Notes: generated by a model from the letters alone, not told the origin. A stretch of 64,000 bases of DNA from Lingula anatina (GCA_051362555.1 CM120642.1:25606001-25670000), one strand, 5' to 3'; shown: positions 10,840 to 24,631, counted from the first letter of the stretch. Numbers and translations: made by a program.

Positions 10840-13800
10840 ATGGCATCCATAGGTTCTAAGCCATTTGCTAAGCGCCCACTTGGTTGCATAGAATATTTGC
10901 TTGCCAGATGTAGCATCTCTGGTATGTCCACCGCATTGGCATACACATGGCACCTAGAGTCAAATTCACCTGTGACAGCTGACCTTGTTCACCAGGCGGC
11001 AGCACTGCTACAAGACACCATGCCCTTGTTGTGCCTGCATGTCATAAGTGGGGAAGATGGCAGATATTATTTTGAGGTAATGGACAGTACAGCATGCACA
11101 GTTCCCTTCAAAATCAGCAGTGAGACAGACTGGAGGAAAGCTCAAGATGAAATGTTAAAGGAGACATACAACCTTGAAACAGGTCCTCTTTGGAAGATGT
11201 GCTTCCTTCCAACAGATTGCAAAGAGCCTGCTCCAAGAGAAATCGGTAGGGGGAGAAGCTTATACAAATTTGCGGTGACTTTTGGTATTGACCACATACT
11301 GACTGACGGATTTACTAACATGACTATTTGTAAGCAATTTCTGAAAATTTTGAATGAAATCATGGATGGAAGGCAACCAGACAAAACTCCTGCCACCAAA
11401 GTCTACCCATCTCTGGTTGATCTGATGCCAAAAAATGATATGGCTTTTGGTTGGTTCGATTATTTAGCAATTGGAAAGACTGTTTGGGATATGATGTTTA
11501 TAAAACCTAATATCCTTGCTCTCCATTACCCACTGATTGATGCACTTCCATTACAAACCTTCAATGTCTATACAGACGGCCTATCTGAGGTGGAAACCAC
11601 ACAGTTGAGAAAAAGATGCAAAGCTCAGCTGACAACAATCCATGGAGCATTCACTGCAGCTGCAAGCACTGCCACAGCCTGGATGATATACAGCAGGGAC
11701 AAACCCCAGGGCAATGTCAGGGTTAGATATAAAAGTGATTGTTTTTACTTAAATGAAACAGAAGTGGACAGTTCAGAGTGAAAGCTGTAAAGCATTTGAT
11801 TTATTTCTTTTTACACTAAATGCCTAGAACTGAATTCTAGAAAAAAATCTACATTTACCCATTCACTTATAATCATAAAAAGTATGTAATTGTTTTTCTC
11901 TTTGCAATATAAATTTTGTGTTATATTTCAGTTTGTTCCATCAGCCGTTAAAGTGATCCAAGCCAGGATTTGTGAACAATTAATTGAACAAAAACTGACA
12001 GATAAATGGCCTTGATCAATATCACAAAAAAATAATAAAACATTGCCTTTCCCCTTTCCATACTTGGTAGTCAGCCACCTTCATTGACACAGTTTGAAAA
12101 CAATGCAGGTCATGCCACTAGAGTCTCACAATATCAGGAAGTGGAATCATTGGAATGAATGGGGAATCTGGAAATTTAAACTTGCACTTAATCACAGGTT
12201 TTGATGTTTGGCTTTTTCTAAAATTGTTACACAGCTATGGTGAGATTCAGAAAGGAAAATTAAATGTTGTTTAGGCTTGGGGAGAAAATGCTGTTTACCC
12301 TGGGAAAATTGGTTAAATATGAGTTTTTGGTGAGAAAATCCTGGCTTGGAAGGCTTTGAGTGTTTTTCTGAATACGTATTTATTTTGAAAACGAATTGAA
12401 CAAAATTTGGGGGCGTCTCGATAGTCCGAAGGTTCATTGGTCCGAAGGTTCATTGGTCCGAAAAGTGGTAGCATTTTTATCGATTTTTTAATCAAGGGTT
12501 CATTGGTCCGAAGGTTCTATAGTGAACATTCAGACCAATGAACCTTCGGACTATTGAACCTTCGGACTATCGCTACGGCCCCCAAAATTTTGCAGGAGAG
12601 TACAGTGATGGTAGAGCACACTGTCAATATGCGTCGTTTCTGTGAGACAGATGAAGGGAAGAATGCACTGGGTATGTTATTTTCATTGGCCATTATGCCT
12701 GTGACCTTGTCCCCCACCAAGGACGGTCCTGAGGATCTCTGGGATGCTGCTCGGCGTACAAGTTGTCAGCTACACACAGCCTTTGATAAGGGTGAAATGC
12801 TTAAGCAACTACGTGTAACAAATTATACTGTGTCAAGGATGAAGACTGATGCTACTCTGAAAACCACCCTGGAAAAATGTAAGTACATTTTCTACAACAC
12901 AGATGCTCAGATTTTATATCTTAACTGTGCAGTATATTGGGAAAAAATTAACAGAAATTTGATTTTTGCCAAATTTCTAGCCCAAAACCAGTTTATTAAA
13001 ACTTGGACACATTTAACATGTATAAATTAATTAAGGGTCTAGGGTTAAAATATAAACATGGTGTAGTCATTTTTTTTTATTTTAAACAGTTTTATTTCTA
13101 TAATAAAGATAAACAAATATACAAAATAAATGAATTCAAAAGCAGGCGGCAAATCGCCGCAGCATTATGTGCTTGCCTGCGTTATTTTAACTAACGATAA
13201 ATAAAAAAATAAATAAGTAGTCAGGGCTTAAATATTTGATTTATTGTTGTGTAGATGCATGTTAATTAACAAAGGTTTGTGAACAGACTTCTGAGTATTC
13301 AAAAGAATTGTACAGCTAAATTCAAATTTGTGGTACATGTAATTAGCAAAGGAATGACCTTAACACAGTCTTTGCCTCAGATCATCACATTTTTGAAATG
13401 GAATGTTTGTTTATATTTTTTGGCAAAGTAAATTCTGTGGATGTGTGTTTCGAAATTTCAGTCAGATAGTTTGTGAATTAATTTATCCAAATGATTTTTA
13501 GGTAACTTTGATCAATTTCTGTTATTTTGTCTAGCTGTACAGCAAAGGTGCTTTGGCATTTCAAACCTGGGTGACTGTTCTGGAATTTTGTCAGGTAAGA
13601 TGGGTGCTGTGTATTGTATTGGGTTTAATAGATGTTTGTTAATATCAGACAGGTTTTAATTTTTTAGTACACATCACTGGCTTCCATATTGTTATGAATT
13701 AGGGCTAATTCCCATTGAATCTCCACAATCAGTTTTACTGATCAACATGCCTCCTCCTGGTAAAATGAAAAGGAAGTTAGCTTTTGTCCTGGTTATAGAG

Positions 13801-13880
13801 TCAGAAAACTACCATCAGTTATTTAAACTAAATAATATAACATTCCCTGCAATCTTGTGACCAGTCAAAAAGAAAGCAAA

Positions 13881-13943
<63 letters not shown>

Positions 13944-14206
13944 CATATATTTGCAACCAAAGATAAAAGATTTCTTTGGTTTTAGGAGGAGGGAAACATG
14001 TGCAGGTAACAGATATCGCTAGAGCAGTAAACCTCCAAGAAGGACAAACAGTTTTACATTATGTTCACACCTACCAAGGCAGGCTGCGGTACAACTTGAC
14101 ATACAATGGGAAGAGATTCACCCCAGAAAAAGCTGGTCAGTATGCCAGTTGGACGCTGGAATTATTACGGTCCCTTATTACTGACATGGATGGTACCGAA
14201 GTTTAA
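10840..14206 (+). CDS. Stand-alone condensation-domain-like / alcohol acetyltransferase (AATase)-like CoA-dependent acyltransferase, 481 aa; exons 10840-11721, 12596-12878, 13535-13594, 13986-14206
   Basis: All introns are GT-AG with consistent phases (0,1,1), 1446 nt open. Motifs: N-terminal RPLGCIE, GPLWK, catalytic DHILTDG (HxxxDG), LRKRCK..TTIHGAF, VNMRR, C-terminal ISNLG. Strong acceptor at 10808 just upstream of the ATG. Confidence 0.85.
12409..12582. mobile_element. MITE with 8-bp TSD and internal GTCCGAAGGTTCATTG tandem units (MuDR-like, superfamily uncertain)
   Basis: TIR GGGGGCGTCTCGATAGTCCGAAGGTTCA / TGAACCTTCGGACTATCGCTACGGCCCC; TSD CAAAATTT at 12401-12408 and 12583-12590. Confidence 0.88.
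13889..13950. repeat. (AT)n microsatellite in the last acyltransferase intron
   Basis: Direct reading. Confidence 0.95.
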
Positions 14207-16475
14207 ATCTGTTTTTGAAATGAAAGGAATGATTGATTGACCAATATTGACCAATTTTTAAATTTATTTTAAATATAAAATTAAAATTACACATGGTCAA
14301 AAATGAAAACATATACACTGTAAATATTTGAAGACAATACAGTTTAAATTTTGAGTTATCAATATGTGTGTAAGAAACCATACCCAAAATTAATGATCCC
14401 ATTATTATTAAAGGCTTATTTGTCATAAGCATCTGGAGTTTGGCTCCATCTTAGCCCATTATAGTCAAGATGTTCATTTGCTAGATTGAACAGTCAGTTC
14501 ATTGGCATCCCCATGTGGAAAAGCCTGTTATCCATACATGAAAGCATGTTGACACCTCTTTGTATGAACTGAAATGATTTTTAATGTGCTTGTTATTGTC
14601 AGTATAACCATTTCAGTCAACAAAATTTAGTTAAAAATGTGTCAAGGGTCATTGCCCTTTTGTTGCATTGGATTTTTAAAATTGGTTCTCTATAATTTTA
14701 TTCTTATATTGTGCATAAAAATTTTATGTTATCTCTGGTATTCAGATTTTCATTGAAAATATGTCATAGCAATGTACTCCTATGGTATATTTTAAATTTT
14801 AACTGTCTGGTATTTTCCTCAGAGAATTTTTATAATTTTTCAGGTGTGCATTTACATCATGAAAATCATTTAGATTCATCTGTATGAGATAAATCATTGA
14901 CTACCATTTAAGCCTCACAATTTTTTTCTTAAGTAGTTATGCATGATAAATATATTTCTAAAATGTAAAATTATACAATGTTCTCAATTGTTATTAAGGG
15001 CTGGGATTTATTCACATTCACAGAGAAATAAACACAAACATGATAAAAACTAACACGATAAAAACATATTTTGCTTAATTATGATGCAGTCTTATATTAT
15101 AGTTACATGAATGAAGTCAAAGTGTATCCCATCATATTGCTTTGGACAAAAATGAAATGAATGAAATGCATATTGATTATTGTAGGTATTTATTGAGAAA
15201 AAAATTGGAAGTTTAGTGACTCTTGAAACTTTTGTAATGAAAGTTTTCCTTGGTGCATTTCCAAATTTATTGGGATTCTTCATATTTAACTTTAAATGCA
15301 CTTCTACCATACAGTTCATTTCTCATTATCATTAATTATGAAATAAATTAATTACCTTAATTATTATTAGTTATGCATTAATTAATTAATTAGTTAAATG
15401 TCTATTATTAATGAATCAGTTGGCCCAATTCTCATTATCAATCATCTGGTAAATAAATAAATAAATAAATTACGAAAATACCACTAAAGTCTAGCCCATT
15501 TGGGCCCTATCCTGAGAATTTTATCAAAATGCCAGTAGAACCTTCTGCATAATGTTGGTTATCAGTAACCAACTTTATTGATTACATTTAATCGTTTAAG
15601 CTAGAAAGTGTCTCCATATCAGTGTGTGGCACATACCAGTAAAGTTACAGCTGTTTTGACTTACATAGGAAAATTAAAACAACAAAAAATGATCACTTTC
15701 AAGAGAAAATCAGTTTTAGTACCAACGCAATTTTATCTTCTGTCATTCTGTCATTTAGTTTTTGCAATACTCAATTATGAACTGCTGCCCAGGTATTTAA
15801 AATATGCTGTCACAAAAATTCTGGTAATCAACTCTGTAAAATTTAGGCACTGAAAAAATTCAAAATTTAAATTAAAATGCAAATTGCGTTGCAAGATGAT
15901 ACCTTCTTTGTTTTGCAGCGGCAATTCAAACTTGGCGTCGAAAGACAAAAGCATGGTTTGTGACAAAAAATTCAGCTATAAGACCTTCTGATTATGGATT
16001 ACTACCATTTTATATAGAGTGACAAGCCATAACCCTATTCATTCGACTTCCGTTCCTGGTGGGGTCGTTTATGCCCCAGGCGCATATTTGTCAGCGTGTT
16101 TTTTTCTATTATACATTATTTTTTTCATGAAATTTCATGAAATTTCATGAATTTGTCACATGTTTACATTTCTATCATTATGATGTGTTCGCAGCTTTGG
16201 TATAGTGCAAGGTTATTATAAATATCCTAAAATAAAGCTGGAGTCGTAAACGACCCTTCTAGATTTACATTAGTTGTGCACAGTCTTTTATTTTGCAAAT
16301 TCTACCGAAATTATTTCTTACACTAAAATAGCAATGAAATACTTGATGTTTCAAATTCCTGCTTTAATTTGTTTATTTTTGCGTTTTTTTTTTAACATTT
16401 CAGCATTGGTTCTGTTTTATCAAATAAAATAAGATGCACAGTGCAAGTCTTGTTTTAAATATATCATTAGAATTA

Positions 16476-16580
16476 CCCGGCAAACACAGAACGTTTTATA
16501 ACGTTACCATAACGTTTTTTTGGTAAAATTAACGTTATGGTAACGTTGTAACGTTATAATAACAGTATGTGTTTGCTGGG
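16476..16580. mobile_element. Small MITE with CCC(A/G)GCAAACA termini and TA TSD
   Basis: TA|CCCGGCAAACACA...TGTGTTTGCTGGG|TA with internal TAACGTT repeats. Confidence 0.75.
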
Positions 16581-17896
16581 TAGGCCTAGAAACGAAGAAA
16601 ATAAAAAAAGGATAGATTACTTTGCATCCATTTTCTGTTCAAACTTTGATAAAGCTTTTCTGACATACACTAACGCGTACTCACTCGGTTTATTTTTGGT
16701 CTGTCAAATAATTTTGTATTGTTACACTGATCATTTTAGGTGGCTGCATAAAACTAGCAGATTAGAAAAGCTTCAATAATTAAAACATACGAACTTCACG
16801 GAAGTTAATTCTTTTTTCTATTTCTTCCCCTCAAAATATAAGGAGTATTAAATCGGGAATCGGGGAATGCGTAGGCTACCATTGCCTGTTACGATGTCAT
16901 GAACCTTTTTATACATATGGAATGAATGTCCTAAACTTTTTTGTACGCTTAATTCAAACGTGGGCTCGAAATAGGGACATTGCGTTTTCGACTTACTTAA
17001 CGGATAACGCTATCTAAACATTTCACGGTTGGTGTCAGATTTACGTAAGAAAACCCACATAATGACCAGTTAAACGACTTATTCGTCGACGCTCAGTATC
17101 TTCATACTGTAAGTGAAGTCTCCAACTCCTAACTCTCCGAAACCACGTCTGCTCCGTACTCCGTCGATCTCTCCCAATCTCCTCCTCTCTTTCTACCTCT
17201 GTCTCCTGGTTTCTTGTCTTAGACGAAGCAAGAAAAACAATGACATTGAGGATTTCATTTAATCTTAATTTAATTTTACTTATACAGTCCAAGACTTATC
17301 TGCAGTAACGTGTTAATTAATTTATTTATTTGCGTTCCGTGATATTTGTTGAAGATTTAACATATATGTATATGAGAAAGTATAATAAAGTATATGATGC
17401 TTATGATCTCCAGTATACTCGAAAAGCAGTAAAGCGTTTTGCACATTTTGTAGATTTCTTTTGATCAGTTTTTAGCACCTTTGCCTCGACCACTAGGCAT
17501 TCCTTTAAATGTATAATATGTACACCGCAAAGCACTTCTTACGTGCCCTAAACGTGTCTTTGACATGCTGTCCTTGAAAAAGTTCGAAACAAACATTTTA
17601 CTAATGCTGCAGTACATCTGGATATAAGTTTAATTATGAAAAAACGTAATTAACTAGAAGTGCACAAATGATTTCTAGAATGTATATTGTATAACATTAT
17701 ATAGGTATATTTTTTTCTTTTCGTTTATTTACTATTATTACTATCTTTCCATATGTATAATATATAGTAGTTAGACAGCCTCTAAATGTAAAAAAAAAAA
17801 AAACATTTCTGTGCTCAATAAATTATTATTATGTATAATTTCACACGAAAAAATGATACTATAGTACCCCAGTTACTTGTCTTGCACTTACTTCCG

Positions 17897-20800
17897 CTAA
17901 GGAATTATCTTAAAATATTTTGTCTTCTTCGGAAATTTATTTATAACTACAATAACGAACATGGCGAGGGCACATATTAAATATCCAACTGCTAATATCA
18001 CAAATACCAGTGAGTATGAGTTCTGCCAGTCGTATATAGCACCTGAAATAATAAAAATGTGGATCTTTCCAATAACCTACATCAACAATTTGATATGCAT
18101 TTTGATGCAAAACATAATTAACATACATAATGTGATAAGAAATAATGAGCACTGAAAAATAGCTTTGCTCTGTTGTTTAATTTCTGTATTTTATATCTCT
18201 TCTTCTTATAAATGATTACCTTAATCAAACAGTTAACTTATCCTGACAGTTTTTTTCACAAGAAATAGAAATAAAATTTAAGATAACTGCTTCTTATGTT
18301 TAATTTTATACCTGAGAGATACGGTGCTACCGCCATTCCTGTGCTTGTTCCACCAAGAAAGAGCGTATATAGATTTTGCACGTGTTGTCCAGACATGACT
18401 TCTGAACATGAGGCATAAACAGCAGAAAATATTGGACCCTGACCGAAACCTAGAACTGTTATTAAAACGAAAACGTTGTATTAGCGTTGAACTGGAGAAG
18501 CCACTATATGAATCAGAGAGATGTGTGGAGAGGAGGGAAAGGACAGAAAAAATCCTTCTTCTATCAATTTAAATTTCCATCCCCAATTCTGACTGAGGCA
18601 TACCAAATTTAGACGGCCTGTACTGTCAATTTTGTCAGTATTACTTTTTTCCTTTCTTAGGAAGGCAAGCTATTCACATTTTATCACATTAAATTAATCA
18701 TTATTTCAAGTTCAAGCACATCCACTATGAAATCAATTCCACTGTACCTATACTATATGGTATAAATGCTGTAGGTGACGTGGCAGCATATCCCAAGAGC
18801 ATGTTGAACGCTAGGATTAACGCCAAAACTGCGTGTATCTTCAATATATGTCCCTTCATACGGTCACCAACTAGGGTTGTAGCTAAACGACTGAAGAAAT
18901 TGCAAACTGCCTCTGTCGTCATGAATCGAACTGCGATATAGGACGGTAAACCCATATCAGCTAAGTGCTTCATCTGTGTAAAAATCAATCATAATTGTTA
19001 TCTTAATTGAACATATATACAGATACGTACACATTTTGTAAAACCAATATATTGCAACAAAACAAGTTCAGTCACCTTCTTATTTATTTTTCATTTGATG
19101 TTCAAATGCACGTTGCAACAAAAATAGAGCAAACGGAAAACACGCAAGCATTGAAATTATATACGAAATATATATATACAGTGTAACTATTCACTCCAAT
19201 AAAATTATTTTGAATAGTATACCTTTAATACTATTTATTTTGTGTTTGAAAGTTTCTATAGAAGTAATTCGTTAATACCAAAATAAAAGGGGGATACTAT
19301 GTTTGACAAAAGAAGTTTAGCCCACTAATTGTTTATTATTACTGTTTAAAGTTTTAAGCATCTTTACCAAAATTCCAGTTGAGTTGCTATGTCCGATTCC
19401 GTTTGCAACATTACATAGAAACCACATTGACAGTATGCAAACTTGCTGACCACTTCCAAAAACTTTCTCGTCTGCTTCTTGGTGTTCTGGTTCTGCCTTA
19501 GTACCAGGGCTTTGGAACCACCCAAGGGGTAATAACACTTGAAAATACGTGTCATTTTAAAATTGCAAAATCTACCAATTTTTTTATTAATAAATCTAAA
19601 TGCAACATAAGTTAGACGATCGTAATACTTGGTATACAATATTAAAATCGACGGAGAAAAAAATCAAATATTTGTTTCATAAAGAAAAATGTTTTGCCTA
19701 GAGACCAAATATGTCAGTAGGCCTACTATATAGCATTGCTAAAATACAGGTAGTTTTCGTATTCTTTTAATTGAAATGGACAAACATGTGACCGTGTTTT
19801 CTTTGTTGTAGCAAACTTACCAGAAACAAGAAAAATACCGGCGAGTACAAGGTAGCCATATCTCCAGCCTAGCGTACGGAACAGCCATTCAATAAGGTTA
19901 GCATAGAGGACTGTGCCTATTAAAATTGGGATGTCGTTTATATCGCTAAAGCCTCTTATGTTGAATTTAAAGGCTATTCTTTTAAAGGTTTATTTATACG
20001 CCTCATGGGACAAAGTACGTAAATTTAGAAACACTTTGTGTGAGATTAAAATACTGTTATAGTGGAGAAATTATCACAACCACAACTTATCATAACCGCA
20101 AAATGCTACCGTGACTGAATATGTTTTGTCTTTAGATAAAGATGTTTCACTATGTATTAGCGATGTTGACAGGTATAATGTTTTGTAACTTTGATATGGT
20201 ATTACAAATGTGTTATTTATTAAAACATTTAAGCAAAATTTATAAACGGCAAATAAAATGGAATTACTTGCCAGCAGCCATAACAAGTCGGCTAAAACTT
20301 GTGGCCAAAACATGGTATCTGTGATCCCAAGGAAACCATTCCGCTATCCTGAAGGTGTAGTCCAGTCTAATGATAGTAATGGAAAATCCAGTCATGATGC
20401 CGTGTGTAAATATAAGAAATGTCGCAGTTGGCGCCATGGATGACAGACCTAATCCGAGGACTAATACGGACAAAAACGTTATGACTCTAATTTCTGGTTG
20501 GATCACTGAAATATTTTTAGCAACCAAACATCCAAAAGCAGCAGAGATGAACAGCATGCTTTGAATGAGACCTGGAATCATGAAAAAAAGGATTTGTTAA
20601 AAATAATAACGGTGTTTGTCTATTCCACCGCTTCTTTTCATGCGCTGCTCATCGTATTAAAAAATCCAAATACATGCATGTACATGGTATCAAAGTTTAA
20701 CTATAATGTCTCTTAGACAAAAATATTTACTATGCGCCTTTTTGACCATTAACTCACTGAGCAAAACGTTCACCAGTTTCTTTGGTTGACCTAGCGGTGA

Positions 20801-21127
20801 CAACTATTCTAATTAGCCTGAGACCAGGTTGGCCGTTTACCTCATGGTAAGTATACCTAGGCATGGTATTGGTACTTAATGCACGGAAGGCCGAAAACTG
20901 AGGTAAGCAGGCCATAAGCTAACAACGGTGAGGTGCATTTACATGTACTCTAGCTTGTGTTCATTAATTTTAAGATTAATATTGTCTTTACCTATTGTCG
21001 CAAGAATTCCACCTAAAACAGAATCCTCAGCAAAAGCGGCGTTAAACACACTCCAACTCATAAGATATCCATTACAAGTCATAAAACACATGACCGAAAC
21101 AAATACGAACTTCCATCCTTGATACAT
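17897..21127 (-). CDS. MFS transporter, SLC16/monocarboxylate-transporter-like, copy A (intact, 405 aa); exons 21127-20992, 20571-20272, 19916-19821, 19537-19368, 18973-18748, 18455-18312, 18042-17897
   Basis: Exon sizes 136/300/96/170/226/144/146 give an open 1218-nt frame. Motifs GWKFV..SWSVF, EWFPWDHR..LATS, LGWRYG, SRL...VGD, SGAIYDWQNSY resemble SLC16. Intron 2 is GC-AG. Confidence 0.85.
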
Positions 21128-22272
21128 CGTAGATATGGGATTTTCTTTTACACAGTAGCTATGCAAAGTACGACGTCGCTTGCAGGCGTACGCGCTGACG
21201 CACCGTGTGTTCAATTTTGCCCCAAAAAGTGTTGTTTAATGTTCAGGTATCTCTCAATGTGTGTTTTTCACATTTCAAGAAATGGTTGAACGATGGTATG
21301 GGGCTGAAAACGCACTAGGAGGACATTTTAATGTCCTTAAAAGTACAACTAAAATCACGTGTGTATGATTAGCATATCACGCCAAGTATCACGGCGTCAT
21401 TAGAGTTCAACTCCACTCGATTAATGGGGACATTATCTTTGCACGTATAATCATATTATTAATTGAAGGTCCCATTTAGAATCATCTCCTCATATCGTCA
21501 CAAACAATTTCACATGCTGATACTATCAGGAAAAAAACGCGTTTTAGCCTACACACAGCTGAAGTAAAGGTCACTTTGTTGATTTAAAGTGAAAACCGTA
21601 AGATTTTCCAACGAAAACGGTGTTTTTGTCCTGCTAATCAACTCTTCATCATCCTTACCTGACACTCACTACAACCCTGTTACAATCTTTGATCCCATTC
21701 CCATATGCGGGGATTCTCGCTGACTGCAATCAATTTAACTGAATGACATGACTTTTATTTCAATCGCACTCGTATAATCACAATCTTTTCTGTATTCCAG
21801 GAGGAGATTCAACGCCTGGGGAGGCGTGTGAGAGGCGGGGAGACCATAACAGGATTAAGCGGTCTTCCTTTCCTGTATGTCCGCCATATTTAGGTCGCGG
21901 CCTTGCTAGCACTCGGCTCTTCTCGATCTGAATGGTCCCTAAACTGTTCCAAAAGGACCAAGAGTCATGCTTTTTACTTTCGACTTACGGATAATTGTGT
22001 GGTTAGCGATCTTTAATACATATACCTTTTTGACCATTAACTCATTGAGCAAACCGTTCACCAGCTCCTTTCATTGACCTAGCAGTGACAACTATTCACA
22101 TTAGTCTGAGCCAGGTTGGCCGTTTACCTCATGGTAAAGATGCCTTGGCATGGTATTGCTACCTATTGTACAGAAGGCCAAAAACTGTGGTACGTTTGTC
22201 GTAAGCTAACAACGGTAAGACTCATTTACATGTACTCTAGCTTGTGTTTATTAACTTAAATATTGTCTTTAC

Positions 22273-22408
22273 TTATTGTCGTAAGACTTCCACCTATGGC
22301 TGTATCCTCGGCAAAAGTGGCGTTAAACACACTCCAACTCATAAGATATCCATTAAAAGTCATAAAACACATGACCGAAACAAATACGAACTTCCATCCT
22401 TGATACAT
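22273..22408 (-). pseudogene. Orphan duplicate of MFS exon 1, within a ~22025-22700 duplicate of ~20736-21400
   Basis: 136-bp exon MYQGWKFVFVSVMCFMTFNGYLMSWSVFNATFAEDTAIGGSLTTI with GT donor and part of intron 1; it has no exon 2 of its own. Confidence 0.8.
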
Positions 22409-23496
22409 CGTAGACGTGAGAGATTCTTTTACACAGTAGCTATGCAAAGTTCAATGTCTTTTGCAGGCGTTTGTGCGGACGCAATGTGTATTCAACTTTT
22501 TTTCAACAAAAATTATAACCCAAATCACCACGGCGTCATTAGAGTAAAACGTTGCTCCAAAAAGTGTTGATTGATGTTTAGGTATCTCTCAAGGTGTGCA
22601 GGATTTTCTCATTTAAAGAAATAGTTAAACGATGTTATGGGTCTGAAAACGCAAAAATCACATGTGTATGCATATCATGCCAAATATCAAAGCGTCATTA
22701 ATGTGAATATAGCACGAAAGGGCTATACAAGGTAAAGTAAAGGAAAGGCAAAAATTGTTCGCTGGATCTTGGTTTTGTTTCACGTAGGGATTTACAAGAC
22801 ACGTAATTGTCGGGTCCGACATAAAGATCGTACGGAGTCATATTACGTAATGTGTTATAGTGCAATAGCTCTCGAGTAATGCGGCGGTCTCTGTGTATAA
22901 CGCCGAAGTAAAGAAATTAACTATACAATTAAAGGTAATTAGGTTTGACGTACATCTCACACTAGTGCATTCGTCATATGTATATGTAAGAGGTTCATTT
23001 CATAATAACTAAAAAGAAGAAAAGAACAAGAAAATGACAATAATTCACTCATTACCCGTTATTTATATGCTTAGATTTACTTACACCAAAACTGAAAATT
23101 TTCAATAATCACCAATAATCAATAAACAATATTAAAAAAAATTTTGTTGTTGAATGCAATAATGTGCAAACTTATGGGGCACCACCCTGAATGAAAAGTT
23201 ATCATTTCTGCAAATGAATGTCCGTTGCATTAGATGAGCCGGATCACCCGGCTCCTCAGCCTCAGTAAAAGTAAACTTACTCCCGTATTCTATAAGGTCA
23301 CTCACACTCACACTCATAGAGTGCCACTTGACACTCAATGAGTGTCACTCAAGACTCAATGAGTGAAAGGTTTACCTCAGACTTGAACCTTCCACAGACC
23401 GCACTCACACTCATTCAAGTTATTAATTTTGAGTGATGGTTGAGTGTGTGGTACACCTCCCCCAACATTCACTCAGTTCAATGTTTGTTTACCAAA

Positions 23497-24533
23497 ATGG
23501 CGGTTGTGTGGCTAAATAGAATAGAAAACAATAATAGATTACAACATGTTGGCGGTCAAGTGCGAAGAGAGTACAATTTTGACTATGAAAAGTACACTGA
23601 CGAGGAGTTCAGAAGACGTTACAGACTGACCAAAGACGCCTTCCAGGAATTGTTGCGTTTGGTAACACCAATGATAGCCCCTCATAATGAAAGAGGCAAT
23701 CCAATCCCTGCAGATATACAGCTGCTACTTACATTGCGTTTCTATGCCACTGGCACCTTCCAGATGGCTTGTGGAGATCTCTGTGACATTTCCCAGTCAT
23801 CTGCAAGTCGTATCATCAAAAGAGTATCAGAAGGTATTGCTTCGCTTAAACCACAATTCATACGGTTTCCTGAAGGACAAGAACTTCAAAATATGAAGCT
23901 AGGATTTTGGAGGATAGCCGGTTTTCCAGGCGTTGTGGGTGCTATCGACTGCACTCACATCAAAATACCATCTCCAGGTGGTGTGGATGCAGAACTGTAC
24001 AGAAACCGGAAGGGCTACTTCTCTATCAACGTTCAGGCTGTATGTGGTTACAATTTGGAGATGTTGCATATCGTGGCCCGGTGGCCTGGCAGTGTACATG
24101 ATGCACGAATATTTGACAACAGTCGTCTGTGTGCACAACTTGAAAGAGGGGATATAGAAGGTATTCTGCTAGGCGATGGGGGTTACGCGTGTCGTCCATA
24201 TATGATGACTCCAATAATAAACCCACTTACAAGGCCAGAGCGTTGTTACAATGCTTCTCAGATACGTACCGAAACACAGTTGAACGAATGTTTGGTACAT
24301 GGAAACGCTCGTTTCCCTGCCTCAGCATGTCCCTTCGCACAAAACTACAGACCACTTTGACCATCATTATCGCCACAGCAACTCTGTATAACTTTGTAAG
24401 AGCCAGGAATGACCCCATGGATGAGCCACCTCCGCAGAATGCACCGAACCAAGTTGTAGCACAGTTTCCTGTTCCAGCTAGAGGATTGGGCAATGCAGCC
24501 AGACGCACCATAATACAGCAACATTTCTCATAA
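23497..24533 (+). pseudogene. Harbinger DDE transposase (HARBI1-like, DDE_Tnp_4) with a 1-bp frameshift near 24270
   Basis: FRRRYRL, LRFYATG, GAIDCTHI, YRNRKGYFSINVQ, WPGSVHDARIF, LLGDGGY; then RNTVERMFG.WKRSFPCL continues in another frame (ORF 24189-24533). Confidence 0.92.
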
Positions 24534-24631
24534 AAGGACAACAACAAAGTAAGTATTTGCGTGAACTATTTATTGAGTCAATACCAAATCATACAATAAT
24601 GGCAGCAGTTCTTTAAGCATCTACTGATTCA

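Noticed and set aside
12421-12570. 16-bp GTCCGAAGGTTCATTG repeats as CRISPR or iterons
   Set aside because: They are internal repeats of a TIR/TSD-bounded MITE.
21620-22020. GC-richer ~400-bp segment between MFS duplicates
   Set aside because: No sustained ORF, TIRs or RNA-gene motifs were recognisable; probably a repeat fragment but unsupported.
23497-24533. Domesticated HARBI1 host gene or programmed frameshift
   Set aside because: It is bounded by TIRs, paired with a dead Myb gene, and has no slippery sequence at the shift.
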